Source: Desulfobulbaceae bacterium
GTDB taxonomy: Bacteria; Desulfobacterota; Desulfobulbia; Desulfobulbales; Desulfobulbaceae
Length of the DNA stretch: 64,000 nucleotides
NCBI GenBank assembly: GCA_026990385.1
Contig: JALXDL010000039.1
Coordinates: 4,466-68,465 of the forward strand
Reading direction: 5' to 3'
Shown here: piece after piece, positions 9,394 to 18,437 of the stretch
Position numbering within the stretch: the stretch's first letter is position 1
Layout of the letters: the number at the start of each line of letters is the position of its first letter
Made by a program: the position numbers and the translations under genes
The notes under the pieces: model-generated
Databases searched by the model: none
Seen by the model: only the letters and a program-made list of their open reading frames with translations
What the model was told of the DNA's origin: nothing

Positions 9394-9502
9394 GGAACTC
9401 TACCCGGTGTTCCTCACGGTTGTGGTTATTCTCCTGTCTTGAATCGCGTAAAACCCGAACCAGGTCAACCTACCATCTTTAGCCGCTCTTTGCCACGATC
9501 AG

Positions 9503-10558
9503 TTACGGGCCGTCTTTTTTCTCTTCCGCTCTCCGCATGGTTTTCCTCCGGATTCTCGCCAGTTCACGCATGTCACGGGTGGTGTCGGACTCGTCAACGA
9601 TCTCCCTGCCCATGATCTCCTCGATGATATCTTCCATGCTGATGACCCCGGTGACACTGCCATATTCATCAACAGCCACGAACAGATGCTGCCTGCGCTC
9701 GAAGAAATCGATGAAGACCCGGTTGAGAGGCGCGGTCTCGGGCACGAAGTGGACCGGGGCCATGATATCGCAGAGCCTGGTGTCGTATCGGTTTTCCGCC
9801 GCGGCCATGAACATCTCCCGGCTCAGGACCATCCCCACCACGTTGTCCTTGTCTCCGTCATAGACCGGGACCCTGCTGTGCATCCGCCACTTGTCCGCCA
9901 GGGCAATGGCCTCGCGGATGGTCAGGTTCATATCCAGAGAAAAGGTGACCGTCCGTGGTGTCATGACGTCACGGACCGATTTGTGGTTGAGCTGCAGGAT
10001 ATTGGTGATCACCTGTTCCTGCTCGGCGCCGATCTCCCCGGAGCGCCGGGAGAGCATGGCAATGGTCTGCAGCTCCTCGGCAGAGACCTGGTTGGCGTCG
10101 TCGCTGTCGGGGACCAGGCGCGTGACGGCCTGGCAGAGCCAGATAACCGGGGCAAGGATCCTCACCATCCAGTCCAGGGGCAGGGTGACCAGGGGGGCGA
10201 GCTGCCGGCTGTAGATCACGCCGATCTTCTTGGGCAGGATCTCGGAGAACATGAGGATGGCCAGGGTGAAGAGCAGGGAAAACCAGGCCAGGCTCGACTG
10301 GCCGAAAACGGCCACGGCCGAGGCACCGGCCACCGCGGCGCCGATGGTGTTGGCAATGGTGTTGAGGGTGAGGATGGCGGTGATGGGCCGGTCGATATTT
10401 TCCTTGAGCCGCTTCATGATCGCGGCCCGGGCGGGATATCGCTTTGCCATCAGTTCCACGTTGCTTATTGGCAGCGAGTAGAGTACGGCCTCGAAAACAC
10501 TGCACATGGCGGAGATGACAATGGCGCACCCCACGGCCAGGATGAGTTGAATAACCAA
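9503..10558 (-). CDS. CNNM/HlyC-CorC family protein (DUF21 + CBS pair)
   Basis: SAMCSVFEAVL, ILTLNTIAN, FSEILPK, VMTPR, HSRVPVY and VDEYGSVTGVISMEDIIEEIMG; TTG start at 10558 behind AGGAG. Confidence 0.9.
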   Translation of the reverse strand: MVIQLILAVGCAIVISAMCSVFEAVLYSLPISNVELMAKRYPARAAIMKRLKENIDRPITAILTLNTIANTIGAAVAGASAVAVFGQSSLAWFSLLFTLAILMFSEILPKKIGVIYSRQLAPLVTLPLDWMVRILAPVIWLCQAVTRLVPDSDDANQVSAEELQTIAMLSRRSGEIGAEQEQVITNILQLNHKSVRDVMTPRTVTFSLDMNLTIREAIALADKWRMHSRVPVYDGDKDNVVGMVLSREMFMAAAENRYDTRLCDIMAPVHFVPETAPLNRVFIDFFERRQHLFVAVDEYGSVTGVISMEDIIEEIMGREIVDESDTTRDMRELARIRRKTMRRAEEKKDGP

Positions 10559-10794
10559 GATTCTGCTCCTTGGGTGAGAGATGGCCTCCCTGCACGGGCA
10601 GGCCGCAACGGATTGCTGGCAGGTCACGTTCCGGAACAGGATAGCCCAGCCGGCCCGTGAGGTCAAACAGAGTGCTTCGGCCAGGCAGGAAAAAATCTTG
10701 CTTTGCCGATTGAGCAATCGCGCGCAATGGGGTATGCAATAGCGATCCGGACCGGCTGAGGCCCCGGTCTGCCTGCCTTGAAGAAGGCGGCCGC

Positions 10795-10843
10795 TTACAC
10801 GTCCTGTATTGATTCGGGATAGTTGCATCTCCCGTGATCGGTT
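10795..10843 (-). repeat. Repeat module A copy
   Basis: Reverse complement AACCGATCACGGGAGATGCAACTATCCCGAATCAATACAGGACGTGTAA is 39/49 identical to 47838-47886. Confidence 0.85.
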
Positions 10844-10900
10844 ACGGCGACCGGGACCGGAACGGCCTGGAACTTGAACGGACTGGAACCTGAATTGAGT

Positions 10901-10959
10901 CCTGAATTGAGCGTTTCGGCCACCTGCAAATGAAAATCGCTCAATTCAGGAAAAACGCA
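10901..10959 (+). repeat. Repeat module B, hairpin form
   Basis: 13-bp perfect inverted repeat CCTGAATTGAGCG (10901-10913) / CGCTCAATTCAGG (10938-10950); left arm matches 47593-47622; 10928-10959 is 28/32 identical to 47775-47806. Confidence 0.85.
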
Positions 10960-10973
10960 AGGAGCCAAGTGGT

Positions 10974-12500
10974 ATGATCGAACTGACAGACAGGAAGCCG
11001 CGGGAATTCAAGGGGGACCTTCTGGTCTACTTTGCCGGAGAACGGGAGAAGAAGATGGCTGACTGCCCGGCCGGTCCGGTGCGCAAGGCCGTGCGCACGG
11101 CCTGGAAGGCCGGGGATTTCTCTGGCAGGAAGGGAGAGACGTTCCTGTTCTATCCTGCCATGTCCGGGCCGGGGGGGGCCGGTGAGCTGCGGGCGAGAAG
11201 GGTTCTCGTTGTGGGACTGGGCAAGCCCGGTGACGATATCCCTGCTCTCCGGGAGCAGGTGCGGATCGCGGCCGGCACGGCGGCGGCGCGGGCCGGGTCC
11301 CTCAAGGCGGACAAGGTTCTGGTTGTGCTGCCGGCCGGGGTGGAACTTCCGCCCGAGGATATTGCAGAGTGCACGGCCGAGGGGCTGCTGCTGGCCAACT
11401 ACCGCTTCGACAGGTACAGGAAGGCGGATCCGGAAAAGGAGGAGAGGGTTCCGGTCGGCAGGTTCCTGCTCCATGACGGCGGCCTGGCAACGGGCTCGGT
11501 GCGCCGGGGCATGGAACTCGGCGCCCGGGCCGCCCGGGCCGCCTGCTCGGCCCGGGACATGGCCAATGAACCGGGCAATGGCTGGACGCCTTCCAGTTTT
11601 GCCGACCACGCCAGAAAGCTGGCCCGCCGGACCGACATGAAGTGCCGGGTCCTGGATCGCGGCGCCATGAAGAAGCTGGGTATGGGGGGGATCCTGGGCG
11701 TGAGCCAGGGCTCGGCCCAGCCGCCCAGGCTGGTCATCCTCGAGTATCGTTCTGCAAAGAAGAATCCCACCCTGCTCCTGGTGGGCAAGGGGCTGACCTT
11801 TGATGCCGGCGGCATCAGCATCAAGCCGGCCGCGGGCATGGAGGAGATGAAGTATGACATGTGCGGCGGCGCCGCGGTCCTCGCGGCCATGGAGGTGGTC
11901 GGCCGGGAAAAGCCCTCCGGAATTAACGTGGTGGCCCTGGTTCCGGCCACGGAGAACCTGCCGGGTGGCGCGGCGCTCAAGCCGGGCGACATCATCACCC
12001 ATTACGGCGGCACCACCTCGGAGATCATCAATACCGATGCCGAGGGCAGGCTGATCCTGGCTGACGCCCTGGCCTACGGCATCGAGACCTACAGGCCGAA
12101 GGCTGTCATCGACCTGGCCACGCTGACCGGGGCGGTGATCATCGGCCTGGGCCACCACCGTACCGGCCTGCTCGCCAATGACGACACCCTGGCGGATGGC
12201 CTGCTCGAGGCCGGTGACCTGGCCGGCGAACCCCTGTGGCGGCTGCCGCTGGGACCCGAGTACCGGAAGCAGCTCGATTCCGAGGTGGCGGACATCAAGA
12301 ATACCGGTGGCAGGCCGGCCGGAACCATCACCGCGGCGGCCTACCTGCAGGAGTTCGTCGGCGAGGTGCCCTGGGCCCACCTCGATATCGCCGGCACGGC
12401 CTGGAATTTCACCGAGAAATCCTATGTTCCCAAGAAGGCGCCGTCGGGCATCGGGGTCCGGATCCTGCTCAACTTTATCCGGAGACATTCTTTAACATGA
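10974..12500 (+). CDS. pepA: Leucyl aminopeptidase (M17)
   Basis: VGKGLTFDAGG, MKYDMCGGA, NTDAEGRLILAD and WAHLDIAG motifs. Confidence 0.96.
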   Translation: MIELTDRKPREFKGDLLVYFAGEREKKMADCPAGPVRKAVRTAWKAGDFSGRKGETFLFYPAMSGPGGAGELRARRVLVVGLGKPGDDIPALREQVRIAAGTAAARAGSLKADKVLVVLPAGVELPPEDIAECTAEGLLLANYRFDRYRKADPEKEERVPVGRFLLHDGGLATGSVRRGMELGARAARAACSARDMANEPGNGWTPSSFADHARKLARRTDMKCRVLDRGAMKKLGMGGILGVSQGSAQPPRLVILEYRSAKKNPTLLLVGKGLTFDAGGISIKPAAGMEEMKYDMCGGAAVLAAMEVVGREKPSGINVVALVPATENLPGGAALKPGDIITHYGGTTSEIINTDAEGRLILADALAYGIETYRPKAVIDLATLTGAVIIGLGHHRTGLLANDDTLADGLLEAGDLAGEPLWRLPLGPEYRKQLDSEVADIKNTGGRPAGTITAAAYLQEFVGEVPWAHLDIAGTAWNFTEKSYVPKKAPSGIGVRILLNFIRRHSLT

Positions 12501-12602
12501 TGCATAGCCGTTACTTTCCCTGTTCTCGCAGGTGAAATCCGGCACCGGGCGGCATGGCTCGCCGGCACTGCCGGCCGGCGCCCGGCTGGACGCTGCAATA
12601 CA

Positions 12603-12631
12603 TTGACAGTTGTGCCGGCTCCCAATATGCT
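12603..12631 (+). promoter_or_regulatory. Putative sigma70 promoter of the fbp-TRAP cluster
   Basis: TTGACA-17 nt-TATGCT, 100 nt upstream of the fbp ATG. Confidence 0.6.
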
Positions 12632-12730
12632 TGGAGACCGGTAGACAGACGTTCACATCACCTGGAACCGGCCGGGGTGGGGCGTATTCGCCCCTGCGGC
12701 CGGAAGCAGGGCCAAAGGAGGGAAGCAAAC

Positions 12731-13750
12731 ATGGCAAAACGAAAGGGGATCACGGTCAGCAGGCAGATCATGGACAGCCAGTTGCTCCATCCCGGCGCGA
12801 CCGGCGAGTTGACCGGTCTGCTCAACGAGCTGATCGTCGCGGCCAAGATCATCAGCGCCGAGGTCAACATGGCCGGGCTCGCCGATATCCTCGGCCAGTC
12901 GGGCAAGGTGAATATCCAGGGCGAGGATGTCCAGAAGCTCGACGAGTTCGCCAACCAGACCATCAAGCGTCGCATGGAGCAGTGCGGCTACATCTGCGTC
13001 ATGGCCTCGGAGGAGGAAGAAGGGATCATCCCGGTACTCGAAGGCTACGAGGGCAAGTACAGCCTGGCATTCGATCCCCTGGACGGCTCCTCAAACATCG
13101 ATGTCAACGTCTCCATCGGCACCATCTTCTCCATCCATCGCCGGGTCAGCTCCGGCAAGCAGGGGAGTGCGGAAGATCTTCTCCAGAAGGGAAGCAGGCA
13201 GGTGGCCGCAGGCTATATCATCTACGGCTCCAGCACCGTGCTGGTCTACACCACCGGCGACGGCGTGCACGGGTTCACCCTGGATCCCAGCGTGGGCGAG
13301 TTCTTTCTTTCCCATCCCGACATCCGGATCCCGGAGCAGGCCAAGTATTACAGCGTCAATGAGTCCTATACCAACTACTGGTATGAGCCGACCCGGAAAT
13401 TCATAAACTATCTCAAGGAGGTCGATCCGGATTCCGGCCGCCCCTACAGCCTGCGCTACATCGGCTCCCTGGTCGCTGATTTCCACCGCAACCTGATCAA
13501 GGGCGGCATCTTCCTTTATGCCCGCGACAGGAAGAGCACTGACAAGCCCGAGGGCAAGCTGCGGCTGCTGTACGAGGCCGCACCCCTGGCCATGGTGGTG
13601 GAACAGGCCGGCGGCCGGGCCATCACCGATGACGGCCGCAGGATTCTCGACATCGAACCCCGCGAGCTGCACCAGCGCGTGCCCCTGATCATCGGCTCGA
13701 AAAAGGAGGTCGACCTGGCCGAGCAGTTCTTCACTGCCTCCGCGAAGTAG
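12731..13750 (+). CDS. fbp: Fructose-1,6-bisphosphatase class I
   Basis: GEDVQKLD, FDPLDGSSNID, RYIGSLVADFHR and GKLRLLYEAAP motifs. Confidence 0.96.
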   Translation: MAKRKGITVSRQIMDSQLLHPGATGELTGLLNELIVAAKIISAEVNMAGLADILGQSGKVNIQGEDVQKLDEFANQTIKRRMEQCGYICVMASEEEEGIIPVLEGYEGKYSLAFDPLDGSSNIDVNVSIGTIFSIHRRVSSGKQGSAEDLLQKGSRQVAAGYIIYGSSTVLVYTTGDGVHGFTLDPSVGEFFLSHPDIRIPEQAKYYSVNESYTNYWYEPTRKFINYLKEVDPDSGRPYSLRYIGSLVADFHRNLIKGGIFLYARDRKSTDKPEGKLRLLYEAAPLAMVVEQAGGRAITDDGRRILDIEPRELHQRVPLIIGSKKEVDLAEQFFTASAK

Positions 13751-13804
13751 GACCCATGCGGCTGCCGCTTCCTCCACGATCTCTTGCCGCGACAGGGTGT
13801 TGAG

Positions 13805-14323
13805 ATGCTGGACTTCCTCGAGCTGATCAGCCGGGCCATCGACCGGCTCAACCTCGTGGTCGGCCGGCTGGTCTCCTGGGTGACCCTGCTGGTGGTCCTG
13901 GTGGTCTTCACCGACGTGGTGATGCGCTACGCCTTCAATACCAGCTTTGTCTTCACCCAGGAGCTGGAGTGGCATCTCTTTGCCTTCATCTTTCTCATGG
14001 GCGCTGGCTATACCCTGCTGCGCGAGGGGCATGTCCGGGTGGACATCATCTACCAGCGGCTGGATCGCAGGGGCCGGGCCTGGGTGGACCTGGCGGGGGT
14101 GGTGGTTTTCCTCCTGCCCGGCTGCTACCTGGTCATCGCCACGGCCATCCCCTTCGTGGTCTCCTCCTACCTGACCGGCGAGGGATCACCCGATCCCGGC
14201 GGCATTCCCCATCGCTGGCTGCTCAAGGCCTGTGTCCCGGCCGGTTTCCTGCTCCTCGGGCTGCAGGGGATCTCCATGGCCATCAAGGCGATCCGCGTGC
14301 TGGCCGGCAGGGAGACGGACTGA
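13805..14323 (+). CDS. dctQ: TRAP transporter small permease
   Basis: Four TM helices; QELEWHL and GHVRVDI motifs. Confidence 0.9.
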   Translation: MLDFLELISRAIDRLNLVVGRLVSWVTLLVVLVVFTDVVMRYAFNTSFVFTQELEWHLFAFIFLMGAGYTLLREGHVRVDIIYQRLDRRGRAWVDLAGVVVFLLPGCYLVIATAIPFVVSSYLTGEGSPDPGGIPHRWLLKACVPAGFLLLGLQGISMAIKAIRVLAGRETD

Positions 14324-15654
14324 TGTTCATGGACTATCTTCCGGCCTGGATGTTCCTGGCCCTGACCATCCTGCTCATGGCCGGCTTCCCGGTCACCTTT
14401 ACCCTCCTTGGCACCTCGCTCGTTTTCGGGCTGATCGGCTTCGGCTGGGACTTTTTCAATCTCCTGCCCCTGCGTATCTGGGGCATCATGACCAATGTCA
14501 CCCTGCTGGCCGTGCCGCTCTTTGTCTTCATGGGAGTCATGCTGGAACGATCCGGCCTGGCCGAGGACCTGCTCGACACCATGGGGCTGCTTTTCGGCCG
14601 CATCCGCGGCGGACTTGCCGTCTCCACCGTGGTGGTCGGCGCCCTGCTCGGCGCTTCCACCGGCATCGTCGGTGCCACCGTGGTCACCATGGGGTTGCTG
14701 GCCGTGCCCACCATGCTCAGGCGCGGCTACCAGAAGGAGCTGGCCACGGGTACGGTTTCGGCCTCCGGCACCCTGGGCCAGATCATTCCGCCCTCCATCG
14801 TCCTGGTCCTGATCGGTGACATCGTCGGTGTGCCCGTGGGCGACCTGTTCATGGGCGCGGTCCTGCCCGGGCTGGTCCTGGTGGGACTCTACATCGCCTA
14901 CATCCTGGTCGTGGCCACCCTCAGGCCGGAGATCGCGCCGCCGTTCCGGATGGACAGCGAGGGCGGCCTGCACGGTATCGACCTGATGCTGCGGGTGCTC
15001 AGGTCGCTGGTGCCGCCGCTTTTCCTGATGGTGGCAGTGCTCGGTTCCATCTTCGCCGGCATTGCCTCGCCCACCGAGGCGGCCGCGGTGGGCGCGGTGG
15101 GGGCCACCCTGCTCACCGCGCTCAACCGGCGTTTCAGTCTGAAGATCCTGCAGCAGGTCATGGATTCCACCCTGCAGCTCACCTGCATGGTATTCATCAT
15201 CCTGGTGGGTGCGGCCGCCTTCGGCCTGGTCTTCCGCGGCACCGGCGGCGACGACCTGGTGCGCAGCTTTCTTGCAGGTATTGCCGCTGTCCATGGCCGC
15301 TGGTTCGTGCTGTTCGTGGTCATGGCACTCATCTTCGTGATCGGTTTTTTTCTCGATTTCATCGAGATCACCTTTATCCACGTGCCGGTGCTGGCACCGA
15401 TCATGATCGAGTTCGGCTTTGACCCGGTCTGGCTCTGTATCCTGATCGCGGTCAACCTGCAGACCTCGTTCATGACCCCGCCTTTCGGCTTTTCGCTGTT
15501 CTATCTCAAGGCTGTCTGCCCGCCGGAGGTGCGGACGGGGCACATCTACAGGGGCATCATCCCCTTTGTCGTCTGCCAGCTTGCCGGCCTGCTCATCGTT
15601 ATCCTCTTTCCCGGCCTCATCACCTGGCTGCCCCGGGTGGTTTTCAGCCAGTGA
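14323..15654 (+). CDS. dctM: TRAP transporter large permease
   Basis: LAVPLFVFMG, ASTGIVGA, GTLGQIIPPS, SPTEAAAVG and SFMTPPFG motifs; TGATG coupling to dctQ. Confidence 0.93.
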   Translation: MFMDYLPAWMFLALTILLMAGFPVTFTLLGTSLVFGLIGFGWDFFNLLPLRIWGIMTNVTLLAVPLFVFMGVMLERSGLAEDLLDTMGLLFGRIRGGLAVSTVVVGALLGASTGIVGATVVTMGLLAVPTMLRRGYQKELATGTVSASGTLGQIIPPSIVLVLIGDIVGVPVGDLFMGAVLPGLVLVGLYIAYILVVATLRPEIAPPFRMDSEGGLHGIDLMLRVLRSLVPPLFLMVAVLGSIFAGIASPTEAAAVGAVGATLLTALNRRFSLKILQQVMDSTLQLTCMVFIILVGAAAFGLVFRGTGGDDLVRSFLAGIAAVHGRWFVLFVVMALIFVIGFFLDFIEITFIHVPVLAPIMIEFGFDPVWLCILIAVNLQTSFMTPPFGFSLFYLKAVCPPEVRTGHIYRGIIPFVVCQLAGLLIVILFPGLITWLPRVVFSQ

Positions 15655-15680
15655 CCGCGCGATTTCCGTACAAGGAGTTC

Positions 15681-17177
15681 ATGATGGCACCCCGCACTGT
15701 CTCCCGGAACATACTGGTCAAGGGGCTCTGCTGCCTCCTTCCCCTCCTCGTTCTCTGGCCCGCCACCGGCGGCCTGTCCGCTACGGGCAGTGAGATCACC
15801 GCGGCCGTGCAAAGGCGGTGGACCGGTGATTTCGACCAGATGGTCAAGCTCCACCGTATCCGGGTGCTGGTCCCTTTCAGCAAGACCTTCTACTTCCTCG
15901 ACGGTGGCCGGCAGCTCGGTTTTACCTACGAGATGGTCCGGCGTTTCGAGGAGTTTGTGAACAAGCGGCTGAACAAGGGGCATGTCAAGGTCAAGGTGGT
16001 GATCATCCCCACGCAGCGGAACCGGTTGCTGCCCGACCTGGTGGCCGGCCGTGGTGACATCGCGGCCGGCAACCTGACAATAACCACCGGGCGGCTCCGG
16101 AGCGTGGATTTCAGCGACCCCTTTTTCACCGATGTCAGCGAGATCATCGTTACCGGGCCCGGCGGACCGCCGCTGCACACTATTTTTGATCTTGCCGGCC
16201 GGGAGATCTATGTCAGGAAGTCGAGCAGCTACTACGACAGCCTGCGCCGCCTGAACGAGGGGTTGCAGGCGATGGGAAAGAAACCGGCAGTCATCCGGCT
16301 GGCGGATGAGTACCTGGAGGACGAGGACCTCCTGGAGATGGTCAATGCCAGCCTGATTCCCATGATCGTCATTGATTCCCACAAGGGAACCTTCTGGCGG
16401 CAGATCTTCAGGTCCATTACCCTGCACCCGGAGATCAGGCTCCGCAGCGGCGGCCGGATCGGCTGGGCGATCCGCAAGAACAGTCCCCGCCTCCTGGCCG
16501 AGATCAATGAGTTCGTCCGCAGAAACAAGAAGGGAACACTCCATTTCAACATCCTCTTCAACCGCTATCTCAAGGATACCAGGTATGTCAAAAACGCCCT
16601 GTCAGAAAAGGAGATCAGAAAGTTTGAACAGACCCTGGACCTGTTTCGCAAGTATGGTGCGAAGTATGATTTCAACTGGATCATGCTGGCGGCCCTGGCC
16701 TACCAGGAGTCGGGGCTGGACCAGAACAGGCGGAGCAGGGCCGGCGCCATCGGCGTGATGCAGATCCTGCCCTCCACGGCTGCGGACCCCAACGTCGGGA
16801 TCAGCAATATCGAGAGGATAGAGAATAATGTTCATGCCGGCACCAAGTATCTCCGTTTTATGGTTGACCGCTATTTCAACGACTCCGGCATGGACAGGCT
16901 CAACCGGGGGTTGTTCGCCTTTGCCGCCTACAACGCCGGACCGGCCAGGATTGCAAAGCTGCGGCGGGAGGCGGCCGGGGAGGGATTGGATCCCAATGTC
17001 TGGTTCAACAACGTGGAGCTGGTGGCCGCTCGCCGGATCGGCCGGGAAACCGTGCAGTACGTGGACAATATCTACAAGTACTATGTGGCCTACCGGATGA
17101 TCGTCCGCAGAAACAACCGGGCCCTGGTGGGCAAGTCCCTGCTGAAAGAGCAGCTCAGGAAAGAGGACGGCCGGTAG
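15681..17177 (+). CDS. MltF-like protein: family-3 solute-binding domain fused to a lytic transglycosylase SLT domain
   Basis: GRGDIAAGNLTIT SBP segment; AYQESG, GAIGVMQI and FAAYNAG SLT motifs; AAGGAG RBS before the ATG at 15681. Confidence 0.88.
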   Translation: MMAPRTVSRNILVKGLCCLLPLLVLWPATGGLSATGSEITAAVQRRWTGDFDQMVKLHRIRVLVPFSKTFYFLDGGRQLGFTYEMVRRFEEFVNKRLNKGHVKVKVVIIPTQRNRLLPDLVAGRGDIAAGNLTITTGRLRSVDFSDPFFTDVSEIIVTGPGGPPLHTIFDLAGREIYVRKSSSYYDSLRRLNEGLQAMGKKPAVIRLADEYLEDEDLLEMVNASLIPMIVIDSHKGTFWRQIFRSITLHPEIRLRSGGRIGWAIRKNSPRLLAEINEFVRRNKKGTLHFNILFNRYLKDTRYVKNALSEKEIRKFEQTLDLFRKYGAKYDFNWIMLAALAYQESGLDQNRRSRAGAIGVMQILPSTAADPNVGISNIERIENNVHAGTKYLRFMVDRYFNDSGMDRLNRGLFAFAAYNAGPARIAKLRREAAGEGLDPNVWFNNVELVAARRIGRETVQYVDNIYKYYVAYRMIVRRNNRALVGKSLLKEQLRKEDGR

Positions 17178-17260
17178 CCGGACCGCCGGACACGGTGTAG
17201 CCGCGACAACAGGGGCACGCTGATGGCCCCGCATCAAGCATTCAGAACAGGAGGTGTACC

Positions 17261-18367
17261 ATGGAACGCCGTGAATTTCTCAAGACCGTAACAACCGCAG
17301 CCGTCTCCGCAACTGCCGCGTCCGCCCTTGCGGCACCTGCCGTCCTGGCCGGGGAGAAGACCTATCGCTGGAAGATGGTCACCACCTGGCCGCCCAACCT
17401 GCCCGTGCTCCAGGATGGGGCCAAGCTCTTTGCCAGGCGGGTGGAGGAACTCTCCGGTGGCCGGCTCAGGATCAAGGTCTTTGCCGCCGGCGAGCTGGTG
17501 CCTGCCCTGGGTGTTTTTGACGCGGTCTCGGCCGGTACCGTACAGTGCGGTTCCGGCGCCGCCTATTACTGGGCCGGCAAGGTTCCGGCCGCGCAGTGGT
17601 TCGCCACGGTCCCCTTTGGCCTCAATGCCCAGGGCCTCAATGCCTGGTTCTACGGCGGTGACGGCCTGAAGCTGTGGGAGGAGGTCTATGCGCCGTTCAA
17701 TGTCGTGCCCCGGCCCCAGGGCAATACGGGGGTGCAGATGGGCGGGTGGTTCCGCAAGGAGATCAACTCGCTGGCCGATTTCAAGGGACTGAAAATGCGT
17801 ATCCCCGGCCTGGGCGGCAAGGTGATCGCCAAGGCGGGCGGCACCGTGGTTCTGCTGGCGGGCGGTGAGATCTTCACCTCCCTGGAACGTGGCGTGCTCG
17901 ACGCCACCGAGTGGGTGGGCCCCATGCACGACCTGCGCATGGGGTTCTACAAGGCCGCGCCCTACTACTATTATCCGGGCTGGCATGAGCCGGGCACCTG
18001 CCTGGAGGTCATCTTCAACAGGAAGGACTATGAGGGCCTGCCCAGGGAGCTGCAGCAGATCATCGACCTGGTGGCCATGGAGATCAACCTCTGGTCCCTG
18101 TGCCAGTTCGAGGCCGGCAACGGCGCTGCACTGCAGGAACTGATCACCCGGCACCACGTCAAGCTGCGTCGTTTCCCGGACAAGGTCCTGGCCGATCTGC
18201 ACAAACTGGCCCGCGAGGTGGTGGAGGAGGAGGCAGCCAAGGATCCCATGTCGACCAAGGTCAACGAGGCCTACAAGAAGTTCAAGGCCCAGGTCGGGAT
18301 CTGGGGATCGGTCTCGGAAAAGGCCTACTATGATCTCATTGCGGACACCTATGCCCTGAATCAGTAG
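17261..18367 (+). CDS. dctP: TRAP solute-binding protein, Tat-exported, TakP/keto-acid-binding type
   Basis: MERREFLK Tat motif; WKMVTTWP, GNTGVQMGGWF, KMRIPGLGG and LERGVLDATEWVGP. Confidence 0.92.
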   Translation: MERREFLKTVTTAAVSATAASALAAPAVLAGEKTYRWKMVTTWPPNLPVLQDGAKLFARRVEELSGGRLRIKVFAAGELVPALGVFDAVSAGTVQCGSGAAYYWAGKVPAAQWFATVPFGLNAQGLNAWFYGGDGLKLWEEVYAPFNVVPRPQGNTGVQMGGWFRKEINSLADFKGLKMRIPGLGGKVIAKAGGTVVLLAGGEIFTSLERGVLDATEWVGPMHDLRMGFYKAAPYYYYPGWHEPGTCLEVIFNRKDYEGLPRELQQIIDLVAMEINLWSLCQFEAGNGAALQELITRHHVKLRRFPDKVLADLHKLAREVVEEEAAKDPMSTKVNEAYKKFKAQVGIWGSVSEKAYYDLIADTYALNQ

Positions 18368-18437
18368 TCCTGTGTCCTGGTCCGCCTCCTGGCCCTCTTT
18401 CCGGGTCCGGGCGGACCAGGTGACCCGGAATCCTCCT

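Noticed and set aside
10559-10828. N-terminal extension of the CNNM ORF beginning MQLSRINTGRV
   Set aside because: It is read through repeat module A; a TTG with an AGGAG RBS at 10558 is the better start.
10941-12488. Many long antisense or alternate-frame ORFs (for example 10941-12488, 34980-36455, 36513-38120, 38849-40531, 51660-54302, 60550-62475)
   Set aside because: They shadow well-supported genes, which is expected in high-GC DNA, and carry no recognisable motifs.
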